This document shows positions 23,223 to 34,861 of a DNA stretch of 64,000 bases, piece by piece. The notes beneath the pieces were generated by a model. That model was given only the letters and a program-made list of their open reading frames with translations. It searched no databases and had not been told where the DNA came from. Within the stretch, counting starts at the first letter, position 1. Every line of letters starts with the position of its first letter. Source of the stretch: Basidiobolus meristosporus CBS 931.73 (lineage: Eukaryota > Fungi > Basidiobolomycota); NCBI GenBank assembly GCA_002104905.1, contig MCFE01000089.1:1-64000 (forward strand). Reading direction: 5' to 3'. Both the position numbers and the translations under genes were made by a program.

Positions 23223-25022
23223 ATGACCGCTCAGGACCAGTTGACTAGCGGCTTGGTTACTGAAGACAACCCTTCGTTAAAGCGCAATATGGACGATCCG
23301 GAAAACCCCCAACCCGAGAAGAAGCTTGTGCTGGAGAGTAGTACTGTTCCTGAAATGCAATCATCGCCTTCCTTGGAATCCACCCTCACCAATGCAGAAG
23401 CACCCACCGCTGATGATACAGTGGAAAAGGAAAAAAGACTTCCAAAAAGGAAAGTCGCATTGTTCATGAGCTATTGCGGTACTGGGTATCAGGGGATGCA
23501 AGTGTAAGTAACGATTGGAATGTTGCTTATGGATTGGCAGAAGCTTACTGAGCCGAATCTTTATCTAGTAACCCTGGCGCAGTTACCATAGAGGGTGAGC
23601 TTTTTAAAGCACTCATCAATATAGGCGCAGTTTCCAAAGACAATGCTGTTGACCAGAAAAAGGTAGGAAGAATGCTCTTTGACTTAAGATACCAACTGAC
23701 AGTGTCATCTTATAGGTAGGGTTTATGCGTGCTGCAAGAACTGATAAAGGTGTACACGCTGCCGGGCAAGTAGTCAATCTCAAAATGATTGTCGAGGATC
23801 CCGACATCATTGAAAAACTTAACGCAAATCTACCCGACCAGATTCGTGTATGGGGTTAGTACAGGCAATCGTCAACCAATTCCCAGCCGTTGTACCTAAC
23901 CATATGTTTGTGTCAGGATATGTCAAAGTTATGACATCCTTCCACTCGAAAAACCATTGCGACTCTCGCTATTATGAATACTTGATGCCTACATATGTAC
24001 TTATGCCACCGTCGGGCCAAGCTGATTCTTCCCCTTTGGAGGAGCGTCAGATCCCACCATCAACCGAGGAAGAGATGGCAATGAAGAGACAATTCAGAAT
24101 TTCCCCGGAAACTCTTGATTATGTCCGAAACGCTCTAAACAACTACAAAGGGACTCACAACTTTCATAATTTCACGCAAGGGAAATCATTCAAGGATGCC
24201 AGCTCAAAGAGATTTATTATGGGCTTCGATGTATGTATTCCATCAATACAGGAGACGCATTTCGGTTACTTATGCGTTCATAGTGTTCTGATCCCAAGAT
24301 CATCAATGGCTGCGAGTGGGTTAGTCTCAAAGTTCATGGGCAAGCCTTCATGATTCATCAAATCAGAAAAATGGTTGGTAGGTACATCTTAACTACGCTA
24401 AGAAGGCGATCCATACGAGTGCTGATACTATCTGCTGTGCAGGATTGATCATCTTGATGGCTCGTACCAACACACCATTGAGTCTTATGGAGAAAACGTT
24501 TGAGGAGAACAAAATCAATATCCCAAAGGCACCGGGTCTTGGGCTCCTGCTGGAAAAGGTAAACAGTATTGCACAAGTACGTTCTCAAGCCACGCTTGTC
24601 TTACAACTGCGACCCTCTTCAAGCCCGTCTTTAGTGCATACAATCGAAAAGCCAAAGATATGAACAGAGATCCTGTAGAATTTGATAATTACCAGGTAGG
24701 CATTCGTGGCATGCCCAGCCCTGGTCAAAATCTAAAGATTTATCTACCATTAGGAGCAAGTCGAGGGCTTCAAGCAGAAATACATCTACGATGCCATGGT
24801 TAAAGTTGAGGAAGAGGAAAACATGTAAGAATTGGTTTTTAAGGCTTTTGTTGCTGCCATGTATTCACGCCTCTATGCAGCTTTGACCAATGGATCAAAG
24901 GCATCGATACATTCCCCGAGTTTTACACGTACATCAATCCCGAGGGCATGATTCCAGAAAGTGCTCTGCTCTGTAACCAAGTTCGTCCTCCCGTAAAGCA
25001 GGAGGAGAAGCAGGATTCATAG
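23223..25022 (+). CDS. PUS1: tRNA pseudouridine synthase Pus1 (TruA family, 9 exons)
   Basis: Exons 23223-23503, 23569-23662, 23716-23854, 23917-24230, 24284-24377, 24443-24558, 24624-24695, 24754-24824, 24881-25022. Motifs [63 protein letters not shown]. Confidence 0.93.
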
Positions 25023-25350
25023 AGTTACTAGATGGCGTTTAGACGAACTTGATATATAAATACAGTACTGTATATTGTGTTTCGGTCGACTTCATAAGGA
25101 TACAGTTAATGGTGTTTCAAGATCGGCGTTTTCATTTTTCGATGTAGAATTGATTGCTGCCCAATTAGATGTTTATTTCAACGTATAACCAATAAATAGT
25201 TGATTAGGTGCCATTATTCAATGTCGAAGCTACTTTGGGCGAGAATCTGCGATCCGTATACATGGACAAAAAATCGGAGCATTCAAATAAAATTTCTCTT
25301 CCCCGCGGTAACTCCATTATTCGACTCACATCCTGTTGACAGGCTTCAAC

Positions 25351-25677
25351 ATGTTCGCCCTTCTTAGACACGCCAGCCCAACGCCCGTCCAGACGCTTGC
25401 TCGCAGTTACGCAACCAAAAACATCTTCGTCGGGAACTTGTCGAATTACACCACTCCCGAAGAGCTCACTGCGATCTTTGGAAAATTTGGGAAAGTCGAG
25501 GCAGTACGTCGACCCAGCCCTCGTTATGGTTTTGTTGAGATGGAGGAAAAAGATGCGGAAAAGGCAGCCAAATTCTTAAACGGATACCTTCATTCCAAGC
25601 GCCAGTGGGACGTCAAACTTACCAAAGCTACCGGTAAGCCAGCCACCTATACGTGGAAAGCAAAGAAGAAGTTCTAG
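25351..25677 (+). CDS. Small single-RRM protein with predicted mitochondrial presequence (108 aa)
   Basis: ATG 25351. Basic, acid-free N-terminus ending LARSYAT; RNP2 IFVGNL; RNP1 RYGFVEM; LNG turn; basic tail KAKKKF. Confidence 0.8.
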   Translation: MFALLRHASPTPVQTLARSYATKNIFVGNLSNYTTPEELTAIFGKFGKVEAVRRPSPRYGFVEMEEKDAEKAAKFLNGYLHSKRQWDVKLTKATGKPATYTWKAKKKF

Positions 25678-26441
25678 GCCTCAACTTTTAGACACTCCCT
25701 TCATTCTCCGTTGAGAAGCCCGCATATTATCAATTTCGCACCGATATTTTCTTTCACTAACAGCTAGCACTCAATACGATAATAAATGGCCCAACCTCAA
25801 TTGTATTCATTCAGGATTGTACCAAACGGTGGAGAGAGGCACGCCACAGGAAAGCTGTGCTGCTTGCTTTGTGAAGCCAAAGGGAAGGGTGATGTGCCCC
25901 CTGAGCAAGTGCTGGTTTGACATTGGGAGTTAATTGACATTCGGTTCGACCAAGTATTCTTCAAGTCAAACACCGCTGCCATGCGTGTATGTCATTGGTC
26001 ACTCATCCGATCCCCTTGGCAATTGGCAGCAGCAATTTCCAATTCATCTGCACCTGAGACCATCGTCCAGGAGCCGAGGGCATGGAACAATAGCACTGAT
26101 GATATTGCTGAGGTACTCTTCGTGAGCACTAAGTGGGGAAACTTGTCCAAGTGACCTCCTGTGATCGGAAATCTTCCCAGCCCCACGCCCGTTATGGAGC
26201 TTGCGTAGCTTACGGAGTGTTCGGATTGAATGGCAAGTGGATGCCAATAGATGGACATTGGAGCATAAGGAACAAGGTTGGTATGGTCTGTGATATTGAC
26301 GGCATCGGCGCTGAAACTTATCCCAGTCAATTCTATATTAATAAACTCCTGGCGAATCGGCTCTTGCCGCCGTTTCGTGGGTTGACTGTTTGCCTTCAGT
26401 TGTAACTATTCGTTCAGCTTCATGGTCTGAATAAGCTGGGG

Positions 26442-26463
26442 TATATATATATATATATATATA
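26442..26463. repeat. (TA)11 microsatellite
   Basis: Uninterrupted TA run. Confidence 0.9.
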
Positions 26464-27566
26464 CATATCAAGAACAAGTTCCCAAACTGGCTGTCTTGGC
26501 AAGTTAATTTGTGGCATGCTGGAAATGAGGTGTCGTGTCCTTTTCGAGCATTACAATGGTCAGGGCTGGCATCGTCAAGTGTCGTCCAATTGGGTAGTTG
26601 CCCACACCTCATATGTATACAGTTACTGTTGGGTGTTGGTAATGATCTAAAGGTTGCATGAGGAATTTCAAAAACCCTAGTAGTAACGCTGATCAAGAGC
26701 TGTGGTCAACTGCAGTAGCCAAATTTAGCTACTGCGTGGCGGTGCTCATGGGCTAATTGCAGCATTTCAAGTCGATCAAGGTAAAGTGACACTAGCGTAA
26801 GTCGCCAAGTATTTCCCCATTGCTTTGGATTTCAACTCTGGGCAGAGGTGGAGAACTGCATCCACAAGCACAGCTTAGAGGAGACGTGACTGAACGTGTG
26901 AGGCATTTGTTAATCTTATATCGAATCGACACAATGACTGGTGGATGAGTTCATCCAATCAACATGATAATTTTTCCTTTCTGGGCAAACAGTGCTGACC
27001 TAATACGCGGTGATAATGTGTGTTGCAGGTGGGCAAGTTGCTTGTTCACATCAATAGGTCAGCTCCACCTCCCAATGGTTGGATGCAGCGGCAGTCGCTA
27101 ACTAGACAACAGCCATACAAAATGCACGGTTAGTTGACTGCAGTTGGGAGGGGATCGTCCATAATAAATACATAGCTGCTGTACTGTATCAAGCATGGGC
27201 TCATTTTTCAAAACCGAGACCAAGTTGACTTCAAGCCCAGCATGATTAGACTGGGTAGAGTACATAAAAGGTGATACGTATGGTATTGATTCTATGTGCA
27301 TAATGAATTATTGTCTATTGCAGCAAGCAATTTGGGGAAGGTCTTGGTTTCATCGTAGGTTTGGCTCTCTATTGACTGCTATTCGTTTGATCAATATGTT
27401 GATCGTTTATTCGTTTAACAAAGATGCCAATCACCTGTACGCATACAGCTACGCCAGCATTGCTTGTATAAAAGCTCAAAGCTCTGGAAGTGTTGGAAAC
27501 GTAGCTCAGATCTTCGCTAATTGTTTCCCTTTTGCTAAATATTCCTTATCCATCTGCTTGTCCTCC

Positions 27567-29298
27567 ATGGAAAGTAAAGAGCTAAAATCCGATGTCCGTC
27601 AAGAAGTGGGACACGAAGAGGGACTCTCCCAAACACCATATAGAGAGCAAGAGACCGAGGGTTTACGTCGCGTTGCCGACAAGATCCCAATAGCTGCTTG
27701 GTTCATCATCGTCAGTAAGTGCTGTACTATCTCCGCTTTCAATGCTTTTGACGATGCTAATCACTTATAATTTGATAGATGAATTTTGTGAGCGTTTTGC
27801 ATACTATGGGGGATCAGCTCCTTTCACAAATTATGTTCAGTTCCCTGCAGGAGATCCAAATCAGGCTGGCGCATTGAACAAAGGTCAAGCTACAGCTACT
27901 GCTTGGAAGCAATTCTTCACTTTCTTCTGTTATTTCACCCCATTGCTTGGAGCGGTCATAGCTGATCAATACCTGGGCAAATACAAAACAATCCTGATTT
28001 TCTCCTCCATATATATGCTAGGATGGTTTATTCTGACCATAACGTCCATTCCCTCAATCATGATGCAGGCAGGCTACCCGGGCTATATAGTCTCCCTTTT
28101 TGTCATCGGGTTGGGAACGGGCGGCATCAAACCTTTAGTCTCCCCTATGGCGGCAGATCAGTATACACAAAAGGAGCTGGAATATCGGGTGATAAAAGGA
28201 GAGCGTGTCATTGTCGATCCTGAATTAAACACCCAGCATCTGTATAACTGGTTTTACTGGGCCATCAACGTAGGCTCGCTAATAGGTGGGATTGTCACTC
28301 CGCAACTAGAGCTACATATCGGCTTTTGGCTAGCCTACCTCGTTCCAACTGTAATGTTTGGAATGGCCATCACTGTGTTTGTAGCCGGTAACAAGATGTA
28401 CAACAAGGTTCCGCCCAGTGGCGAGTCAGCTATAGTCAAAGCATACCATACCATGGCATATGCCCGTAGACGGATCCGAAGAGCTGGGGTGAAGCCAAAA
28501 CATTACTTGGATGCCGCCAAGAGTAATCCTGAAGGCTTCCCTCCTGAGACAGAAGAGGAGTTGAAACATCGCAGATGGAACGATCGCTTTGTTGACGATC
28601 TAAAGCAAACCTTGATGGCTTGCAAGATATTCATTCCATTGACCGTCTACTGGATCTCCTACAATCAAATCACCTCGAATCTGATATCCCAAGCGGCAGT
28701 CATGAAACTTCCGCCCAACCTTCCCAACGATATCATCACGAACATCGATCCTATCGCGTTGGTTATTCTCATCCCCATTATGGACATAGCGATTTACCCA
28801 ACTCTCCGTAAATTACGAATGAACCCTCGTCCAATGACCCGTATTTTCCTTGGGTTTATACTCGGGGCATTGGCAATGCTATGTTCAGCTCTGGTACAGA
28901 ACGAGATTTACCGTCGCCGTGATCACGGTGAGGATTTGCTAAGTGTGTGGTGGCAGATCCCGGCATACGTTTTGATAGCAGTATCGGAGATATTTGCTAG
29001 TATTACGTCTCTCGAGTACTCCTATACGCATGCACCTGACTCACTTAAGGGAATGGTGTCTGCCCTGGCTCTTCTCCCCAATGCAGTAGCTGCACTTATC
29101 GGCATTCTACTTTCGCCTGTATCTCAAGACCCATATCTTACCTGGATGTACGCAGGTGTGTCCATCGCTTGCTTTGTGGTTGGAGTGTTGTTTTGGTTTG
29201 TATTCAAGCACTATGATCGCCTTGATGATGAGATCAAGCGTACCCGGGCCGAATACCGAAACGAGGAGATTGTGGAGAATGACAAGCTTGGGGAATAA
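27567..29298 (+). CDS. PTR2: POT/PTR2-family proton-coupled oligopeptide transporter, copy 1 (555 aa, 2 exons)
   Basis: Exons 27567-27714 and 27779-29298 (intron GTAAGT...GCTAAT...TAG) rebuild NEFCERFAYYG (ExxERFxYYG). Also GLGTGGIKP, YNWFYWAINVGS, SEIFASITSLEYSYTHAP. Confidence 0.95.
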
Positions 29299-29902
29299 AG
29301 TCCGAAGCAGCCGAATATCCCCACGGATTCCAAGCAAAACACTTTCATGCTTTCCCCCAGGCTGATTGTCCGCAGTATACCATGTCAAGCACGAGGTTCG
29401 TTACATTCCTGAACTCTGACCTTTACCACATGCACCCACCCTGTCGTGAGATATCTCCCTCAACCATCGCCTGCTCTTCCCCCTGCGAAGCATCTGTAGC
29501 ACTTTTTGACCAACCATACGAAACTCAAATTTCGAGACTCAATTTGGACAAAATCAGCCTGAAGCCCATGCTCTTGCACAGCCATAATAAACATTTGTGT
29601 ATCCACACACACCATACTACACTGTATGGCTAAATTGTTGTGTTACGCGAGATCGCAGCACTATAAAGTTTCCAGGATGTTCGAAATTCCCCACCCCAAC
29701 TGCCCGGTTTCCACGAAAGTCCGCCCGTGTAACATTCCAAACTGCCGAATACCCGAAATGATTATGGGGGAATCTTTTTTATTCCAAATGCGAAACTAAA
29801 CCTATTATGATCAAAATAGGGAATACCCACGAATTACATCGATATTCACCTTAGCGAGATGTATGCATATTAATTTTCAATTACGGTTACCGAAGCAGTT
29901 GA

Positions 29903-31540
29903 TTAGTTCTTCTCGTTGTTATTGTGGACGCGGTTGGCCTTGTTCTCAGCATCAATGCGATCGTAGTCTCTGAAGATGAACCAGAAGAGGACGGAGCTAA
30001 CGGCACAGGCGATACCAATTCCTCCATACAACCAGGTAAGGTAAGGATCTTGGGACACGGGCGACAGAATGATACCGAAGAGGGCGGCGATGGCGTTGGG
30101 CAAGAGGGACAAGGCGGACACGATACCCTTCAGCGAATCGGGGGCGTGAGTGTAGGAGTATTCAAGAGAAGTGATACTGGCGAAGACTTCGGAGAGAGCA
30201 ATCAGAGCGTAAGCAGGGATTTGCCACCACACGCTCAACATGGGTTGGCCGGCATCTTGACGACGGTAGATCTCATTTTGGACAATAGCAGAGGAAGCCA
30301 TGGCAAATGCAGCAAGAATGAAACCGAAGGTGATGCGGACCATGGATGGTGGGCTCTTGTTGATCTTGCGGAGAGCGGGATAGATGAAGATATCGACGAT
30401 TGGAATAAAGATGACAATACAGATGGGGTTGATGTTGGTGATGATGTCGTTGGGAACTCCCTTAGGACGGTACATGACAGCGGCTTGGGAAATCAAGTTA
30501 CTGGTGATCTGGTTGTAGGCAGTCCAGTAGATGGCCATGGGAATGAAGATTTTACATGCCATCAGGGTAGTCTTGACATCATCAACAAAGCGGTTGTCCC
30601 ATCTACGTTGGGACTTCTCGAGCTCGGTCTCCGGGGGGAGGCTGGGGTGGTCGGACTTGGCAGCATCCAAAGTATTCTGAAGCTTTTGGGTGGCCTTGGG
30701 GGCGCGTCTGCGAGCATACGCATAGCACTTGAAGAGCTTGATGATCGCCGACTCTCCAGTGGGCGGCACCTTGTTATAGAGTCTGCTACCGGACCAGAAG
30801 ACGGCGATGGCAAACACAAACATGACAGTAGGAACAAGGTATGCGAGCCAGAAGCCAACGTTCAGAGCAATGATGGGAGTGATGATACCACCAATGGTGG
30901 ATCCCACGTTGATCGCCCAGTAGAACCAGTTGTAGAGATGCTGAGTATTCAATTCAGGATCGACAACCACACGCTCGCCCTTGATAACGCGGATCTCTGG
31001 TTCAGTTTGATTGTATTGGTCAGCAGCCATGGGAGAAACCAAGGGCTTGATGCCACCAGTACCCAAGCCGATCACGAAAAGAGAGACGATGTAACCGGGA
31101 TAACCGGCGGTGTACATGATGGAAGGAATGGAGGTGATGGTCAAGATAGCCCATCCGAGCAAGTAGATTGTGGAGAAGATGAGAATGGATTTGTATTTTC
31201 CAAGGTATTGATCGGAAATGACTGCACCAATCAAGGGGGTCAAGTAGCAGAAGAAGGTGAAGAACTGCTTCCAAGCAGTTGAGGTAGCTTGACCCATGTT
31301 GAGAGCACCAGCCTGGTCCGGATCATCGGGGCCAAATTGAATATAATTGGTGAAAGGAGCAGACCCTCCATAGTAGGCGAAACGTTCGCAAAACTCGTTG
31401 ACAACCACGAACCAAGCTGCGATGGGGATTCTAGCAGCAACTCTGCGGAGCCCCTCCATATCAGCAGCACTGGTTGTTTGAGTGATGCCTTCTTCGTGGC
31501 CAACTTCCCTGGAATCGGACTTGATCTCCTTGTCAACCAT
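29903..31540 (-). CDS. PTR2: POT/PTR2-family oligopeptide transporter, copy 2 (545 aa, intronless)
   Basis: ATG at 31540 (MVDKEIKSD...) aligns with the copy 1 start; same POT motifs; convergent with copy 1. Confidence 0.95.
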   Translation of the reverse strand: MVDKEIKSDSREVGHEEGITQTTSAADMEGLRRVAARIPIAAWFVVVNEFCERFAYYGGSAPFTNYIQFGPDDPDQAGALNMGQATSTAWKQFFTFFCYLTPLIGAVISDQYLGKYKSILIFSTIYLLGWAILTITSIPSIMYTAGYPGYIVSLFVIGLGTGGIKPLVSPMAADQYNQTEPEIRVIKGERVVVDPELNTQHLYNWFYWAINVGSTIGGIITPIIALNVGFWLAYLVPTVMFVFAIAVFWSGSRLYNKVPPTGESAIIKLFKCYAYARRRAPKATQKLQNTLDAAKSDHPSLPPETELEKSQRRWDNRFVDDVKTTLMACKIFIPMAIYWTAYNQITSNLISQAAVMYRPKGVPNDIITNINPICIVIFIPIVDIFIYPALRKINKSPPSMVRITFGFILAAFAMASSAIVQNEIYRRQDAGQPMLSVWWQIPAYALIALSEVFASITSLEYSYTHAPDSLKGIVSALSLLPNAIAALFGIILSPVSQDPYLTWLYGGIGIACAVSSVLFWFIFRDYDRIDAENKANRVHNNNEKN

Positions 31541-31999
31541 TAGAGGATTAATTTGGTGGCGATAGGATACTTTGGAAAATGAGAGATGGCTATTGCAAAG
31601 GCCCACCGGCGGGTTATATACTCGCGGCCCACCCAGTGACTATCCAGCCGCGGTTACACACCCAGATTTAACTTCGCCTCATTGAAAAACGGCAACCATT
31701 TGAAAAGTCAATATAGCCTATCTCAAGGCCGATTTTTAAATTAAGCCCCCGTGACGATTTGGTGATTGGTACTCATTCCAGAATGGACCTAGTATTCATT
31801 TGAATTGATCTCGCGTATTCGAGATAAGATGGCATATTGGGCGACCACGGGTTACGGAGCACCTTCTCAGATTGGAAATGACGGTTGCCTTCCATACGAA
31901 TCCTAATATTTCGAAGTTCTACAAAGCAGTTTTTGCCGTGAAAAAAGGATGAGTGTGTGAGAACTTTTGATCAACGATGCCATGCCAATGAATCCACGC

Positions 32000-32850
32000 T
32001 CGCACAAGCGTCCCCACTGGGCCTGCGATGTTTCGTGATGACTACCCAAGCGGGTTGATGTAGCACATTACAGGCCTGTCTTAGGAAAAATGGGAATTGT
32101 GCAAGTGATCCACGTTACTGACCTGAACTCTCAGAATGTACGAAGCAGGCCCCGTATTCCTTATAGCCGTTAAACTTTCCCACAACTCCATTCGAAGAGG
32201 ATCCTGTCGGGCGTATTACAATGCGACGGGCACTATTGCTAATGGATCATCGGCTCAAAACAATGTTCCCTCACCACGCATCACGATCACTACCGCCAGC
32301 ATTGTCTGTTCTAGAACGCCATGGTGCACGCTGCCAGCTACACGAACCCTCGAAGATCAATTCAGCAGGACGGGACCATCAGCAAGCACATATCCGAACC
32401 ATGCCCACCCGGGGGCAGCTGAACCCAATCTCAAGTGTGTGCCAACCGGTCCCGAACTGTTCGGGTCAAATTGAATGGGTCATCGACAAGGCGCCTGTCC
32501 TTATCGTGATGGATATGGGATCCAGAAGGGTGATTTGCGCATCAGCTATTTTGTGTCACGGTCGCTAGAGGCCATAGGGTTCCTGGAGCAGTCGATTCAG
32601 ATTCCAGTGCTGTGGCCAGCATCCAAAGGGCGGTTGATGGTTGATCAACTTCCAATAGATTGGATTGATGGACCCTCTACGATCGGTTCTGCCATGGGGT
32701 TTCTCTAAACGCCAATACCGGTCAGAAGGAGACGCAATCATCCCTAGAAGGATCTCAGAGAGTGCAAACTATTGCCTCTTCAGGTTATCAGGAGGTATAC
32801 TACTGATCAGGCGTGCTGCATCGATCCTACGAGTGCAGTTTTTGGGTGCA
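32000..32850 (+). mobile_element. Decayed DIRS-like fragment (RNase H region)
   Basis: Broken frames resembling DIRS RNase H and downstream motifs (RAYYNATGTIANG, cf. DN.T.IAY; QIEWVID; DMGSRRVICASA, cf. WG..DLFAS). By-eye similarity only. Confidence 0.3.
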
Positions 32851-34861
32851 TAGTGTGGCCATCTGGTGCGGTGAGGCTCTTCAATCCGTCCTCACCAGTG
32901 GCCACCGCAAATGAGTCATCGCAGGCGTAGATAATTCTGGAGAAAGACGCCAGAACCATCCATCCCAGAGCACCATATCTATTCAAGTGGCATCTGCGAG
33001 TAAATGCCATGATATCCATAAATCGAACCTTCTTTTTCGACTTACTCATTTAGGCCAAATGACAAAACCCCTCGCAGGGGGATCCGCTTAGGGATCCGAG
33101 TGGGACACGCGGGGCCATTGGCTGATCGGGAGATATCGAAGCAAATATGGTTGTTTTTGTATTAAGCTTAACTTCATGCAATTAAGCTTGGTCCGAAGCT
33201 TAATCTCTACTCGGCAGAAAATGAGGATTCTTCCTAATCGATCGTGCGCTCACTTTGGTCAAATTAGTGCGGAATCATGGATGGATGATTGTAAGTGTCG
33301 CTCCCATGTCGTACCGAGCGCTTTCTAGAAGCTCTCACGTCCCATCCATATCCATAAATGGCGATAGGTGTATTTGCAATACCATTATGTCTTCATTAGG
33401 TGCCTGATCAAATCATACTCGCTGGGGATCAGTTGACATCATCGGCCTGATCCAAGGGTCAGGATGGTCTGATTCATCTACCATCCACCGAATAGTATGC
33501 TGCCTTCCGTGATGATGTTGATTCAAGTGAAATGCACAACATGCTAACCAAAACTTCCCGTTTAACACTCGGGCATCTCCAGATGGTTTATATTAGGAAG
33601 GTTTTCTAGATTAGTGTTGCATGGCAGTGTACACGCTCACATGATCCCCTATATGGGGGATGTTTATTGAGGTGTGGTCTCATTGACTCCTACTGCTAAT
33701 GGGAAGCATGTTTGTTGGTGCACTCATATGGGTATGTTCTGAGCTTGGCGTTTGGTTGTTAATGATGGCCTCATGTGAAATGTCGGATTCTGGTGCTTCC
33801 AGTATCCGGACTCCTCCATGATACCGGTGGCTGAATTTGACTCACCCTTCTCTGGCAAGTTTGAGCATGCTAGATTGACAGCATGGGCAATATCTGAGAC
33901 TCGGTGAATGACGCAGTTTACTCACATTCGCAGTGGGTCCTTCTTAAGGGGTTAATCACCTGCTCTATATAGCCACCGGATTTAGGAGGCTACTGTACTG
34001 GGATGGTGAAGAGCAAACCGACTTCAGAGCAATCAGCAGCCAAGGATGTGGCGATATTCGCACAAATTATGCATAAACTTGAACAAGATCAAGAGCGCGG
34101 GGATTTATTGGGAAAATGATATACATTAAAATCCTGCACCAGCTCCAGGTCACCGGAAAAGAGGAGTCTCTGATGCATCGGCATGCATTACAATCACTCA
34201 GATCAAAGAAAACGCCTTAAGGAATGGAGCTTGCGTTTCAAATTAAATGGGCTCAAAGGACTTCAATAATACATCCTCTCGACGAAGCTTGCTTTGCTGT
34301 CGCGGGATTCGTGGCGGCTGTCCATTATAATGACCCCCCCCCCTAAGGATTTGCTTTGGTGTGCATGCTTTTATGTCCCTTGGAAGACTAACCAATTACC
34401 AGCATGCACAATTAGTCTGAATGCTTAATTCCCCAGATATCTCGGAGCTTTTCTGATAGTCGGTCGTGCCACATGCCCACCCAACATTGTATCAAACCTG
34501 GAAAAATTGCCAGCCTATTCCTCCGGAAGCTCGATACGCAACCTGGTTTGAAATCACTCTTTTGTCTAAATCCAAGCTTTACGGTAACCGTGTTTCATGC
34601 TGACCAATCCACAGTGAATAGCGCCCTACGAATTAAATGGTGGGAATGATGAGATCGCATGATTCCTCTGAAATATGAACCAAAAATGTTTGATTGTTTT
34701 CTTGCCGCAATGGGTGGCACGGGGTCTGGAATCATCTGGTCCAATGGCTGGTTGCAGTGATTCACATCAGATGGGAGCAAATCTATTCTGACAATCTCTT
34801 TTTCTTATCAATCTATTACCTCTTCATCACTTAATCTTTTACTTCCACACACTCTTATTCC

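Noticed and set aside
27294-27566. N-terminal extension of the ORF-track 158-aa frame, and 31606-31541 extension of PTR2 copy 2
   Set aside because: Non-ATG or upstream starts; paralog alignment places the true starts at 27567 and 31540.
29924-31282. 452-aa plus-strand ORF
   Set aside because: Antisense shadow of PTR2 copy 2, explained by codon bias; no recognisable motifs.
33150-33205. Three AAGCTT-centred palindromes; hairpin-like CCCC-TCGCA-GGGG at ~33068
   Set aside because: Short, irregular and plausible by chance; no spacer-repeat periodicity, so not CRISPR-like.
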